In this document: positions 38,884 through 48,310 of the stretch, in pieces
Layout: each line of letters starts with the position of its first letter
How positions within the stretch are numbered: position 1 is the first letter of the stretch
Source: Akkermansiaceae bacterium
GTDB taxonomy: Bacteria; Verrucomicrobiota; Verrucomicrobiia; Verrucomicrobiales; Akkermansiaceae
Length of the DNA stretch: 64,000 bases
Assembly (NCBI GenBank): GCA_947462835.1
Contig: CANHQM010000006.1
Location: 52,115-116,114 of the forward strand
Reading direction: 5' to 3'
Notes under the pieces: model-generated
Databases searched by the model: none
Told to the model about the DNA's origin: nothing
The model's input: only the letters and a program-made list of their open reading frames with translations
Position numbers and translations under genes: made by a program

Positions 38884-39963
38884 TCAGAGCGCGAGCTGGC
38901 TGACCGCCAACCTCGCAAACAGACTTCCGTTTGTTGCGAGACTCGTCGGCAAATACACTCTCACGATATCAACTCCCGGCCCGGCGGCATTCGCTTCTTC
39001 AAGCACCACCACACCCGGCAGACCGCTGCTTTCCTCCCAGCCGGAATCAAGATCACGGCTGACCTCAACACTGGCCGCAATGCTCGAGTCACCGGCAACA
39101 AGCTGAGCGCGACGATAGCTGAACACCAGATAGGAGTCACTCACACCATCACCATCAGGATCGGCCGTCACATTCGACGCGGTCGGCGACAAACCCGCAT
39201 CAACACCACTGGCAGAATCTCCGCCAAGGTAAGAGCTAAGCACATTGGCCGACGAACCCGTGTCCGAAGACAAGCTGCTCACCGTGGGCGCGCTTTCTTG
39301 CAATAGCGCAAAGGACGAAGTCGCAGCAATGGCAGGCGCGCCATTGTAAATCAACTCACTCGAAGGATCACTCACCATGCCGGCATAGTTCACCGCCGAG
39401 ACAGCAAAGTAATAGGTCTTCCCCTGCTCCAAATTGCTCACGGTCGCACGAGTGTTGCGACCGACATCCACCACCTGATTGTACTGACCCGAAGAAGTTC
39501 CGTAGCTCAAGCGATAGGCGGAAATGTCGGTTTCTGGATTCGGATTCCAAGCCAAGTTGAGATTGAAAAAAAGCGGCGGCGTTTGGAATGAAACTTCAGT
39601 CGATGGATCACTCTGCATGCCCGCGTAATTCACGGCGGCGACCGCAAAATAATAAGTACGACCAGCTTCGAGATTGGTGACGAGCGTACGCGTGTCGCGT
39701 CCCACTTCCTTGACCTGAGTGTACTGGCCGGAGCTCGTTCCATAACTGAGCCGATAGCCGGCAATGTCAGTTTCCGGGTTGGCATTCCAAGCTAGGCCAA
39801 CATCTGCGGCACCGGCAATGCTGGAGAAACCAAATCCCGCCAGTGCCACAAAAGCCGCAAGCGCGGAGCGCTTTGCCAGCACGCGTGTTCTGGGGATTGA
39901 CTCAATGACACGACCGGAATCCCGGCCAACAATTCGTTTGGGTGTGGATGTTTGGGTAAGCAT
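38884..39963 (-). CDS. secreted protein with two tandem fibronectin type III-like domains and an unassigned C-terminal domain
   Basis: Signal-like SALAAFVALAGFGFSSIAGAA. Two repeats LAWN.NPETDI..YRLSYGTSSGQY....VG..TR..V.NLE.G.TYYFAV.AVNYAGM.SDPS. The C-terminus has a DPDGDGVSD acidic loop. Confidence 0.7.
   Translation of the reverse strand: MLTQTSTPKRIVGRDSGRVIESIPRTRVLAKRSALAAFVALAGFGFSSIAGAADVGLAWNANPETDIAGYRLSYGTSSGQYTQVKEVGRDTRTLVTNLEAGRTYYFAVAAVNYAGMQSDPSTEVSFQTPPLFFNLNLAWNPNPETDISAYRLSYGTSSGQYNQVVDVGRNTRATVSNLEQGKTYYFAVSAVNYAGMVSDPSSELIYNGAPAIAATSSFALLQESAPTVSSLSSDTGSSANVLSSYLGGDSASGVDAGLSPTASNVTADPDGDGVSDSYLVFSYRRAQLVAGDSSIAASVEVSRDLDSGWEESSGLPGVVVLEEANAAGPGVDIVRVYLPTSLATNGSLFARLAVSQLAL
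39340..39801 (-). repeat. tandem 240-nt duplication encoding the two FN3-like modules
   Basis: Units at 39580-39801 and 39340-39561 encode 74-aa modules that are highly similar at protein level. Confidence 0.8.
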
Positions 39964-40144
39964 GATTTGATGCCCCTACCCATCGTCCGCAAAACCACCG
40001 AGGCAACATGAGTGATTCCACCAATCACTGCAAAAAATTCACTCCCGACCCGCCGATCGCACAGCGCCACCGTCCCGTCTCGCGCCATCGCGTGGATTGC
40101 GCCATCTCGCTGAAAACGGATGCTTCACCATACCAATCCCCCCC

Positions 40145-41596
40145 ATGCGAGCCACATCACACATTGCAGAAAAGCCCCGCGAAACCGATGCCATCAAAGA
40201 AAAAAAGGCAACGCAAACACTCCTGCTTATCGATGGAGACGCCAACAGTGCCTCACGCATCAGCGAAATGTTTGAAAATCACCATGTCGCATGCGTCACA
40301 TGCTCCAGCCTTGCCGACGCCACCGCCATGCTCCAGCAAGAGCAGCCCTTGGATGCCGCATTGGTCGATCTCACGCTGCCCAACGGCGATGGAATCGAAG
40401 TCATCCGAATCGCCAGAAAAACTCGGCCCGATCTTCCCTGCATCGTACTCAGCGCCAGAAGCGACACCCCATCCGTCGTGCTGGCCATGAAAGCCGGAGC
40501 GGTCGATTACCTCACAAAACCCTGCCGGCAATCGACATTGCTATCAACGGTTTCACGAGCAATCGACGATCAACGGCACAAGACACACACAACCCATGCG
40601 ACAACTCCACGCCGAAGCCGTTGGCAATCACCCGCCATGCGGCAAGCCATGATTGATGCCCGCGAGGCCGCCAAAGCAAACTCGCCCGTCATGCTCGTCG
40701 GCCCAACCGGCAGCGGAAAAAAATCCATCGCCCAATGGATCCATCGCAAAAGTTCGCGAGCCAACCAATGCTTCATCACCATCGACGCATCCCATGTGCC
40801 CCAAAACCGCGTCGAACAGGAACTTTTCGGCAAGTCTCTCACCAACCAAAACGGATCCACCCACGCACATGTGACCCCAAAAATACAAGCCTGCATGGGT
40901 GGCACGCTTTACATCGAAAACCTTCAATGCCTTTCGACAAAGGCGCAGGATGAGTTGCTGGAATGGATCAAACAAAACCAATCCACCTCACCCGAAAAAT
41001 CCTGTCGTCTCATCACCTCGGTGGTGGCCGACACACAGCACCTCCAACCAAACGCCAGGGTCGGACAATTGAGACCCGACCTCTGGTATGCCGCTTCGGT
41101 ATATCGCGTCAATGTCCCCGGGCTTGCCCAAAGGTCGCAGGACATACCCCGCCTGTGTGAAAACATCGTTTCACACATCTGCACCACCCATCACCTACGG
41201 GTGCCGGGTATCACTCGCAAGGCGATGGAGTTACTCTGCGATTACTCATGGCCGGGAAACATCGGCGAGCTTCACAGCGTGCTTGAACACGCCATCACCC
41301 ACACCGATGACCGCCTCATCGGCCCCAGCGATCTCGCTCACCTCAACGATCTCGATGTCAAAAAACCATCCGAAGCGGAAGATCTCGAGAGCGGCGCCGG
41401 CAGCATCGAGGCCCTCACTAAAACAAGCCTCATCAACGCCCTCGAAGCATGCCATGGCAACCGTCGCCGCGCGGCCAAAAGGCTCAAGGTCAGCTTGCGA
41501 ACCATTTACAACATGATCAACCGCTACGGCCTTCCCAAAAAACAGCCGCGAAAAAAAACTACGGCTGATCACACCGCGCGAGAAAGTGGTGCATGA
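40145..41596 (+). CDS. orphan NtrC-family response regulator (REC + AAA+ + Fis-type HTH) with degenerate sigma54-activation and ATPase motifs
   Basis: The REC domain looks intact (LLLIDGD, LVDLTLPNGDG, DYLTKP). Walker A is GPTGSGKK. ELFGKSLTNQNGS stands where ELFGHEKGAFTGA is expected, TLYIENL replaces TLFLDEI, and WPGNIGEL replaces WPGNVREL. C-terminal HTH is RRRAAKRLKVSLRTIYNMI. Confidence 0.75.
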   Translation: MRATSHIAEKPRETDAIKEKKATQTLLLIDGDANSASRISEMFENHHVACVTCSSLADATAMLQQEQPLDAALVDLTLPNGDGIEVIRIARKTRPDLPCIVLSARSDTPSVVLAMKAGAVDYLTKPCRQSTLLSTVSRAIDDQRHKTHTTHATTPRRSRWQSPAMRQAMIDAREAAKANSPVMLVGPTGSGKKSIAQWIHRKSSRANQCFITIDASHVPQNRVEQELFGKSLTNQNGSTHAHVTPKIQACMGGTLYIENLQCLSTKAQDELLEWIKQNQSTSPEKSCRLITSVVADTQHLQPNARVGQLRPDLWYAASVYRVNVPGLAQRSQDIPRLCENIVSHICTTHHLRVPGITRKAMELLCDYSWPGNIGELHSVLEHAITHTDDRLIGPSDLAHLNDLDVKKPSEAEDLESGAGSIEALTKTSLINALEACHGNRRRAAKRLKVSLRTIYNMINRYGLPKKQPRKKTTADHTARESGA

Positions 41597-41612
41597 CATT
41601 CCCTCCACCACC

Positions 41613-41969
41613 TCACGACTCGGCAAGCCAGTCGCCGCTGGCGATGCGCTGATCCTCACGCGTTTCCCCGAGCCACTCCCAGATCCAGACCTCTGCCGTG
41701 AATGATTCACCCGCATCCACCCACTCAACCGCAATCTTCACCCTGCGGTATTCGCTGCCTTCAAACTCATCGAGCGCCGCGATCGTCTCGGCATTAGCCA
41801 TGAAAACTTCCCCCACCACCGGCCCGGCATTTTCATCGACCACGATGCCCGGATACCAATCGATGCGATAGAGCTTCCCGCGCACCTTTCCCTCCGCCAC
41901 AAAGCGCGAATCAGCCATGCGGAAATCATTCGACCCACCGCGTCGTAGCGTGCCGTACACGAAAACCAT
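41613..41969 (-). CDS. gamma-glutamylcyclotransferase (AIG2/GGACT) family protein
   Basis: MVFVYGTLRRGG start and YPG / EVF blocks. An alternative GTG at 41990 would overlap the obg stop as GTGA. Confidence 0.7.
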   Translation of the reverse strand: MVFVYGTLRRGGSNDFRMADSRFVAEGKVRGKLYRIDWYPGIVVDENAGPVVGEVFMANAETIAALDEFEGSEYRRVKIAVEWVDAGESFTAEVWIWEWLGETREDQRIASGDWLAES

Positions 41970-41986
41970 TTCGCACTTTTCGTCGC

Positions 41987-43042
41987 TCACTTCTCGTTCG
42001 GATGAGTCGCCACTTCGCTGTCGAGCATCCGGCGCAAGTCATCCATGCCCTCACCGCTCTCGGCAGAAATCGGAATGATCTCAACCTTCGGGAATCTCTG
42101 ACGGAAATTCGCCAGGTGCTCGGTCGCGCCTTCGAGGTCCATCTTGTTGGCCACGACCTTCCACGGGAAGCGCGCCAGCTCTTCGTCGTATTCGCGAATC
42201 TCGCGGCGCAAAATTTCCAAATCCGAAACCGGATCACGCGCCTCACTGCCAGCCATGTCGACGACGAAAAGCAGCACCCGGCAGCGTGTGATGTGACGCA
42301 AGAATTCATGACCCAGCCCGCGGTTTTCGTGAGCCCCTTCTATCAAGCCCGGAATGTCGGCAATCGTGCAGCGGCGATAGCCGGGAAACTCGAGCACACC
42401 CACCACCGGTTGCAGCGTGGTGAAAGGATACGAGGCGACCTTTGGCTTCGCAGCGGAAAGTTTGCCCAGCAAGGTCGACTTGCCCGCATTCGGAAATCCC
42501 ACGAGACCGACATCGGCAATGCGCCGCAGCTCGAGATAAAAAACTCCAAGATCACCCGGCGTACCGAGCGTGCATTCGACCGGCGCACGATTCGTCGGCG
42601 TGCGGAAATGCCAATTGCCTTTGCCTGGCTCGCCACCTTTGCAGAGCACAAATTCCTGACCGTTTTCCGTGAGGTCCGCGATTGGCTCGAGGTCGATGCC
42701 TTCATCGCCGCGCTCCATTTCCACCGCCTCTTGCACGGTCGCTGCATTCGCGCGATAGACTACCGTGCCCGGCGGCACACGACCGATCACGATCTTGCCG
42801 CTCTTGCCAGTCTTGCGCGTGCCACCACCATTCTTGCCGTTTTCGGCAATGAGCTTGGGATCGAAATGATACTGACGAAGATTGTCCGTCGATGGGTCGA
42901 CCACCAAAACGACATTGCCACCCGCGCCACCATCGCCACCGTCCGGACCCCCACGCGGCACAAATTTCTCCCGACGCCAGGAAACAACCCCGTCGCCACC
43001 ATCGCCAGCCTTCGCGAAGATCCGAATGTGATCAATGAACAT
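41987..43042 (-). CDS. obg: GTPase Obg/CgtA
   Basis: MFIDHIRIFAKAGDGGDG..GGPDGGDGG Obg fold, then GFPNAGKST and DIPGLIEGA G-motifs. Confidence 0.93.
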   Translation of the reverse strand: MFIDHIRIFAKAGDGGDGVVSWRREKFVPRGGPDGGDGGAGGNVVLVVDPSTDNLRQYHFDPKLIAENGKNGGGTRKTGKSGKIVIGRVPPGTVVYRANAATVQEAVEMERGDEGIDLEPIADLTENGQEFVLCKGGEPGKGNWHFRTPTNRAPVECTLGTPGDLGVFYLELRRIADVGLVGFPNAGKSTLLGKLSAAKPKVASYPFTTLQPVVGVLEFPGYRRCTIADIPGLIEGAHENRGLGHEFLRHITRCRVLLFVVDMAGSEARDPVSDLEILRREIREYDEELARFPWKVVANKMDLEGATEHLANFRQRFPKVEIIPISAESGEGMDDLRRMLDSEVATHPNEK

Positions 43043-43154
43043 CCCGCACCATCACCTCCCGCCCGCCCGCGGTCAACGGCAATGCATCGCGACTCTTGCA
43101 TCCGCTCACCCGTCAGGCTAATGCTCCCCACCAACTCCGCACTCCGACACCCCC

Positions 43155-43976
43155 ATGCTGCTTCCCTTTTACAAAATGAACGGCGCCGGCAACGATTTCA
43201 TCGTCGTCGACAACCGCGACCTCTCCATCAAGCTCGACGCGCAAACGATCGAAGCCCTCTGCGACCGCCACCGCGGCATCGGTGCCGACGGATTGCTCGC
43301 AGTCGAACCCGCGCAACACGGCGCGGACTACCGCTTCCGCTACTACAATGCCGATGGCGGCGAAGCCGAAATGTGCGGCAATGGCGCCCGTTGCTTCGGC
43401 CGCTTCACCGCCCACCTCGGTGATGACATCGCCGATCGTGTCACCTTCGAAACGATCGCCGGCACGCTCGCAGCCGACATGGTCGGTGAAAATGTCCGCA
43501 TCGCGATGTCCGAACCAAACGACCTGAAACTCAACACCCCTACCAAGGTCGCCGGACTCAACACCGCCATCCATTTCGTCAACACCGGCGTGCCGCACGC
43601 CGTAAGCTACCTGCCCGATGCCGATGCACTCGACGCACTCGATGTCTTCACCATCGGTCGCGCGATCCGCCGCCACGACGACTTCGCACCAGCCGGCACC
43701 AACGCGAACTTCGCCACCGTCCTCAGCCCCGGCCACATCCGCATCCGCACCTACGAGCGCGGCGTCGAGGACGAGACCCTCGCCTGCGGCACCGGCATGG
43801 TCGCCTGCGCCCTCATCCACCACCTGCTCACCGACGCACCCTCACCAATCAAAGTGGATGTCGCGGGCGGCGATACGCTCGAAATCGGCTTCGAAAAATC
43901 CGGCCCGCAAAGTTTCTCAAATGTCACGCTCACCGGCCCCGCCGACTTTGTTTTCGAGGGCGAAATCGAAATTTGA
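43155..43976 (+). CDS. dapF: diaminopimelate epimerase
   Basis: KMNGAGNDFIVVD start plus the two catalytic Cys contexts EMCGNGARC and LACGTG. Confidence 0.9.
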   Translation: MLLPFYKMNGAGNDFIVVDNRDLSIKLDAQTIEALCDRHRGIGADGLLAVEPAQHGADYRFRYYNADGGEAEMCGNGARCFGRFTAHLGDDIADRVTFETIAGTLAADMVGENVRIAMSEPNDLKLNTPTKVAGLNTAIHFVNTGVPHAVSYLPDADALDALDVFTIGRAIRRHDDFAPAGTNANFATVLSPGHIRIRTYERGVEDETLACGTGMVACALIHHLLTDAPSPIKVDVAGGDTLEIGFEKSGPQSFSNVTLTGPADFVFEGEIEI

Positions 43977-44033
43977 GCCCCGCCTCAGCAGCCGGAACGA
44001 CAAATTGTTTCAGAAATCCTAAATACCCAAAAT

Positions 44034-44057
44034 AACAACTTGTAGTGTTGTTTTTTT
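44034..44057 (+). terminator. weak terminator-like hairpin after dapF
   Basis: AACAAC-ttgtagt-GTTGTT followed by TTTTT. The stem is only 6 bp and AT-rich. Confidence 0.3.
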
Positions 44058-44170
44058 ATTTGAGTACTACATTTAGTGTTATTTCGATCGATTGGATTGC
44101 GATCAGTGCCCTGGGCCAGTAGCTTGTGGAATCCCGAATCCCTCCGGGTTCATTTCCCAACTCCTGTCCC

Positions 44171-47100
44171 ATGTACCTCAAAACTCTCGAAATCCAAGGC
44201 TTCAAGTCCTTCGCCGACAAGACCGTATTTGAATTCGCCGAAGGCGTGACCGGCATCGTCGGTCCCAACGGCTGTGGCAAATCCAATGTGGTCGACGCAA
44301 TCCGCTGGGTGCTCGGCGAAACTTCCGCCAAAGCCCTCCGCGGTGGCGAAATGGCCGATGTCATTTTCAACGGCACCGAAAAACGCAAGCCGCTCGGCAT
44401 GGCCGAAGTCACGCTCACGATGGCCGATTGCGAACAGGCGCTTAAGGTCGATTACAACGAAGTCTCGATCACCCGCCGGGTCTATCGCGACGGCAAATCG
44501 GAGTACCGCATCAACAACACGCTGTGCCGACTCAAGGACATCCACGACATGCTCATGGATACCGGCATCGGCCGCACGGCATACTCGATCATGGCGCAAG
44601 GCCAGATCGATCAGATCCTTTCGTCAAAACCCGAGGAACGCCGCGCGGTGTTCGAAGAAGCCGCCGGCATCACGAAGTTCAAGCGCGAGAAAAAGGAAGC
44701 GCTGCGCAAACTGGAGTACACCGAAGCCAACCTTCTGCGCGTTTCGGATGTGCTCGCCGAACAGGAGCGCCGCATGAACTCGCTCAAGCGCCAAGTCGCA
44801 AAAGCCCGCCGCTATCAGGCACTCGCCGCCGACACCCGCGTACTCGACACGCACCTCGGCCACCGGAAATTCATCGAACTCACCGCCGAACGCGATGAGT
44901 TGCTCACCTCGATCCGCGGGCTCGAAGTCCGTGACACGGAACTCTCGACGCAACTCCCCGCAAAAGAGGAAGCGGTCAACGAAGCCCGCGCCGCCGCCCG
45001 CGTCTTCGAAGGTGAACTCGCCGAAATCCGCCAGCGCCTCAACGAACACCGCAACGCACTCAACAGCGCCGAAGGACGCATGGCTTTCAACGAGGAACGC
45101 AAACACGAACTCGAGTCCCGCATCCGCCAGAACCGCGAGGACATCCAATCGACCCGCGACAAACTCGCCCAACAGGAATTTGATTTCATCGCCGCCAACG
45201 AATCGCTCGATCAACTCAACCGCCACATCGCCGAAAAGGAATTGCGTCTCGCCGAAATGGAGGAACGCACGCGCGGAGCACGCGCCGAACGCGAGGGACT
45301 CGAAAATTCGCTGCGCACCTCGCGCGCTGAAGCGAACCGCACGCAGTCGCTCATCGCCGCCGTGCAGGCAAAAATCGAATCCTCCCTCGCCCAACTCGAA
45401 GGCAACCGCGACCGCGCCCGCCAACTCGCCGATGAGGAACAACGCCTCAACCTCGAAATGGAAGAAGGCCGCGCCGAGCAATCACGCATCCAAAGCGAAG
45501 TCGAAACATCCGCCGCCCAAATTTCCGAACTCGAAGAGGCATTCCAAAGCGCCGAACGCGCCTACCAACACACCCGCGGCGACCTCGATGCGGCACGCAC
45601 CGCCGCCGTGGAATCCAACCGCGCGCTCGCCCAACGCTCGGCCCGCTTCGAAGCGGTACGCCAACTCGTGGAAAGCGGCGAAGGCTTTGAAAAAGGCACC
45701 CGCAATGTGCTCAACGGACTCGACGAACCCGACCATTTCAAACCCTCCATCCACGGCGTGCTGGCATCATTCATCGAGGCCGATAACGACTGCGCCCGCG
45801 CCATCGAATCCGCCCTCGGCAACCACCTCCAGGCCGTACTCGTGCAGGATCAAGCGGTCGCCGAGGCGCTCATCGAACGCCTCACCGCCAAGCAACTCGG
45901 CATCGCGGCGATCATCCCCGAAACCTTCGTCGCGCACGCCGCTGGCACCCAAATGGAGGCACTGCCGGAGGGTGCCACTGCATGGGCGCTCGACCGCGTG
46001 AAATCGGACAAACGCATCTCCGGCATCATCGAGCGACTGCTCGACCGCGTGCTCATCGTGCCCAACCTCGCCACCGCATTGCGCCTGCGCCCAAACCACC
46101 CGGGCGTCACCTTTGTCACGCTCGCCGGTGTGATCCTCGGCGGCGAAGGCACGCTGCGCGGCGGCTCAACCGCCGAGGGCTCGACCTCGGTGCTCGAGCT
46201 TCGCAACGAAGTCCGCACGCTCGAAAACGAAGTCGCCGCACTCGCCCAAGCCGATGAAGCCGCACGCCGCCGCGTCACCGACACCGAGGCAAACCTCGAA
46301 CAACTCCGCGAGGAAGTGGAAGTCGCCCGCGAACGCCTGCAACGCCAAAAGGTCGAACTCTCAACCCTCCAAGGCCAACTCACCCTCGCCACCCGCGAAG
46401 TCGAAAACCTCGACACCAAACTCGAAAACGTCCGCTGGGAACGCGGCGAACTCGACAACCGCGAACGCGTCGCCGCCGAAAGCCGCGTCCAACTCGAAGC
46501 GGAACTCCATCAGTCGCGCGAACGCCTCGAAGGCCTCGAAACCGACGCCCGCCGCCTCCAGTCGGAAGCGGACTCATTCGTCCAACGCGAAGGCGAACTC
46601 ACCAACGACCTCAACAACCTCCGCACCGAACTCGCTGTCGAACGCCGTGCGAAACAAGCCGCCGAGGAACAACAACGACCAATGGAAAACCGCCTCTCGG
46701 AACTCCGCGAAGCATCCATCCGCCGCGAAGCGGAAATCGAATCGTTCACCCAACGCATCGACGACGCCAGCGCCGAAAACAGCCGACTCGCCGAAGAATG
46801 CGAAACCCACCGCCTCGAAGCCGAAGATCTCGAAAAAGAAATCGAATCCCGCTCGAGCGGACGCGCCGCACTTCTCGAATCGATTGAAAGCGCCGAAACG
46901 GAACTCGCCGCACTCCGCCGCGATCTTTCACGCATCAACGAACAAAAAGGCCGCGAGGAAATCACCGCAACCAAGCTCGACCTGCGCCTCGAAAACCTCA
47001 ACAACTCGATTGCCGAACGCTACCAAATCGACCTCAGCACCTTCGAGCCCGATGCCCACGCGCTCCTCGCCAGCGTGGCATCACAAAAAGCCCTCCAAGC

Positions 47101-47980
47101 CCGCGGCGGCAAACAAACGGTGGTCACCGCCGATGAGGATGACTCATTCGCATCCGAATCCTCCGACGACGAAGCCGAGGACGACATGCCCACCATCGTG
47201 GTCGATGCCACCGGCTCCGACGACGCGGAAATCCCTGGCGAAATGACCGGCGAACCGGACTGGGAATTCATCGAATCCATCGTCACCGACATCAAGCGCC
47301 GCCTCGATGCCATGGGCCCAGTCAATCTCGACGCGATCGAAGAATTCGAGGAACTCGAAGAACGCTACAATTTCCTACGCAAGCAACACGACGATCTTGT
47401 CTCGTCGAAAACCGAATTGCTCGAGGTCATCGAACGCATCAACACCGAGACCCAACGCCTCTTCGCCGAAACTTTCGCGCAAGTACGCATCAACTTCCAA
47501 ACGATGTTCAAGGAACTCTTTGGCGAAAAAGGTCAGGCCGACCTCACGCTGCTCGACGAATCCGATCCGCTCGAGTCCGGCATCGAGGTGATCGCCAAGC
47601 CCCCCGGCAAGAAACTTCAGTCGATCACGCTGCTCTCCGGCGGCGAACGCTCGATGACCGCTGTCGCGCTGCTGTTCTCGATCTACATGATCAAGCCCAG
47701 CCCCTTCTGCGTTCTCGACGAGCTCGATGCCCCGCTCGACGAATCGAACATCAACCGCTTCGTGAAGGTGCTCGACCGCTTCATCGACCGCTCGCAATTC
47801 ATCATCGTGACCCACTCAAAACGCACGATGGCCCGCGCCGATGTGATGTACGGCGTGACGATGGAAGAATTCGGAGTTTCCAAGCCGGTCGGCATGCGCC
47901 TCACCAGCGACGACGGCAACAAGTCATCCGGCGAAGCAAAAACCGCCGCTCAAAAAGCCGCGCTGAGGCTCGACGCTTGA
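44171..47980 (+). CDS. smc: chromosome segregation protein SMC
   Basis: MYLKTLEIQGFKSFADKT..GPNGCGKSN Walker A, long coiled coils with a central hinge, and C-terminal LSGGERSMTAVALLF and FCVLDELDAPLD. ATG 44171 verified. Confidence 0.95.
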   Translation: MYLKTLEIQGFKSFADKTVFEFAEGVTGIVGPNGCGKSNVVDAIRWVLGETSAKALRGGEMADVIFNGTEKRKPLGMAEVTLTMADCEQALKVDYNEVSITRRVYRDGKSEYRINNTLCRLKDIHDMLMDTGIGRTAYSIMAQGQIDQILSSKPEERRAVFEEAAGITKFKREKKEALRKLEYTEANLLRVSDVLAEQERRMNSLKRQVAKARRYQALAADTRVLDTHLGHRKFIELTAERDELLTSIRGLEVRDTELSTQLPAKEEAVNEARAAARVFEGELAEIRQRLNEHRNALNSAEGRMAFNEERKHELESRIRQNREDIQSTRDKLAQQEFDFIAANESLDQLNRHIAEKELRLAEMEERTRGARAEREGLENSLRTSRAEANRTQSLIAAVQAKIESSLAQLEGNRDRARQLADEEQRLNLEMEEGRAEQSRIQSEVETSAAQISELEEAFQSAERAYQHTRGDLDAARTAAVESNRALAQRSARFEAVRQLVESGEGFEKGTRNVLNGLDEPDHFKPSIHGVLASFIEADNDCARAIESALGNHLQAVLVQDQAVAEALIERLTAKQLGIAAIIPETFVAHAAGTQMEALPEGATAWALDRVKSDKRISGIIERLLDRVLIVPNLATALRLRPNHPGVTFVTLAGVILGGEGTLRGGSTAEGSTSVLELRNEVRTLENEVAALAQADEAARRRVTDTEANLEQLREEVEVARERLQRQKVELSTLQGQLTLATREVENLDTKLENVRWERGELDNRERVAAESRVQLEAELHQSRERLEGLETDARRLQSEADSFVQREGELTNDLNNLRTELAVERRAKQAAEEQQRPMENRLSELREASIRREAEIESFTQRIDDASAENSRLAEECETHRLEAEDLEKEIESRSSGRAALLESIESAETELAALRRDLSRINEQKGREEITATKLDLRLENLNNSIAERYQIDLSTFEPDAHALLASVASQKALQARGGKQTVVTADEDDSFASESSDDEAEDDMPTIVVDATGSDDAEIPGEMTGEPDWEFIESIVTDIKRRLDAMGPVNLDAIEEFEELEERYNFLRKQHDDLVSSKTELLEVIERINTETQRLFAETFAQVRINFQTMFKELFGEKGQADLTLLDESDPLESGIEVIAKPPGKKLQSITLLSGGERSMTAVALLFSIYMIKPSPFCVLDELDAPLDESNINRFVKVLDRFIDRSQFIIVTHSKRTMARADVMYGVTMEEFGVSKPVGMRLTSDDGNKSSGEAKTAAQKAALRLDA

Positions 47981-48023
47981 GACAAGCCGGCGACATAAAA
48001 TTCTCCAGACAGGAGAGGGATAA

Positions 48024-48064
48024 GGGGGTGAAGCCACGGTTCGAGGGATCCGTGCTTCACCCCC
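48024..48064. other. long imperfect hairpin between convergent smc and sdhB (possible bidirectional terminator or repeat module)
   Basis: GGGGGTGAAGCCACGG-ttcgagggat-CCGTGCTTCACCCCC: 15 paired bases with one bulged G and no flanking T-run. Confidence 0.4.
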
Positions 48065-48097
48065 GATTGCCATAAACTCGAAAACAGAAGTTGAAAC

Positions 48098-48218
48098 CAC
48101 GAAACATACGAAGTTTCACGAAAAGCATGGAATACATGCCATGATCGTTTCACCATTTTGGAAAAGCCATGAAATCCCCCACGGTCTTCTTATTTCGTGT
48201 TGTTTCGTGACTTTCGTG
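48098..48218. repeat. array of five CACGAAA / TTTCGTG heptamers
   Basis: CACGAAA at 48098 and 48117. TTTCGTG at 48193, 48203 and 48212, spaced 10 and 9 nt apart. The two groups are in inverted orientation. Confidence 0.7.
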
Positions 48219-48310
48219 GTTCCCTCTTCGGAATCTGGGATAAGCTGCGCCCTGAATGCCGATCGCATCAAAGGCCTGGGACAGGAGATATCACTCCCCC
48301 ACAATTTGCA

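Noticed and set aside
42002-43423. 473-aa ORF antisense to obg that runs into dapF
   Set aside because: It overlaps two strongly supported genes on both strands. The sequence is Arg/His/Pro-rich with no motif.
48098-48218. Possible parS (ParB/SMC loading) sites next to smc
   Set aside because: TGTTTCGTG resembles the left half of the parS consensus TGTTTCACGTGAAACA, but no copy reconstitutes the 16-bp palindrome. The match breaks after 6 nt, so a parS call is not supportable.
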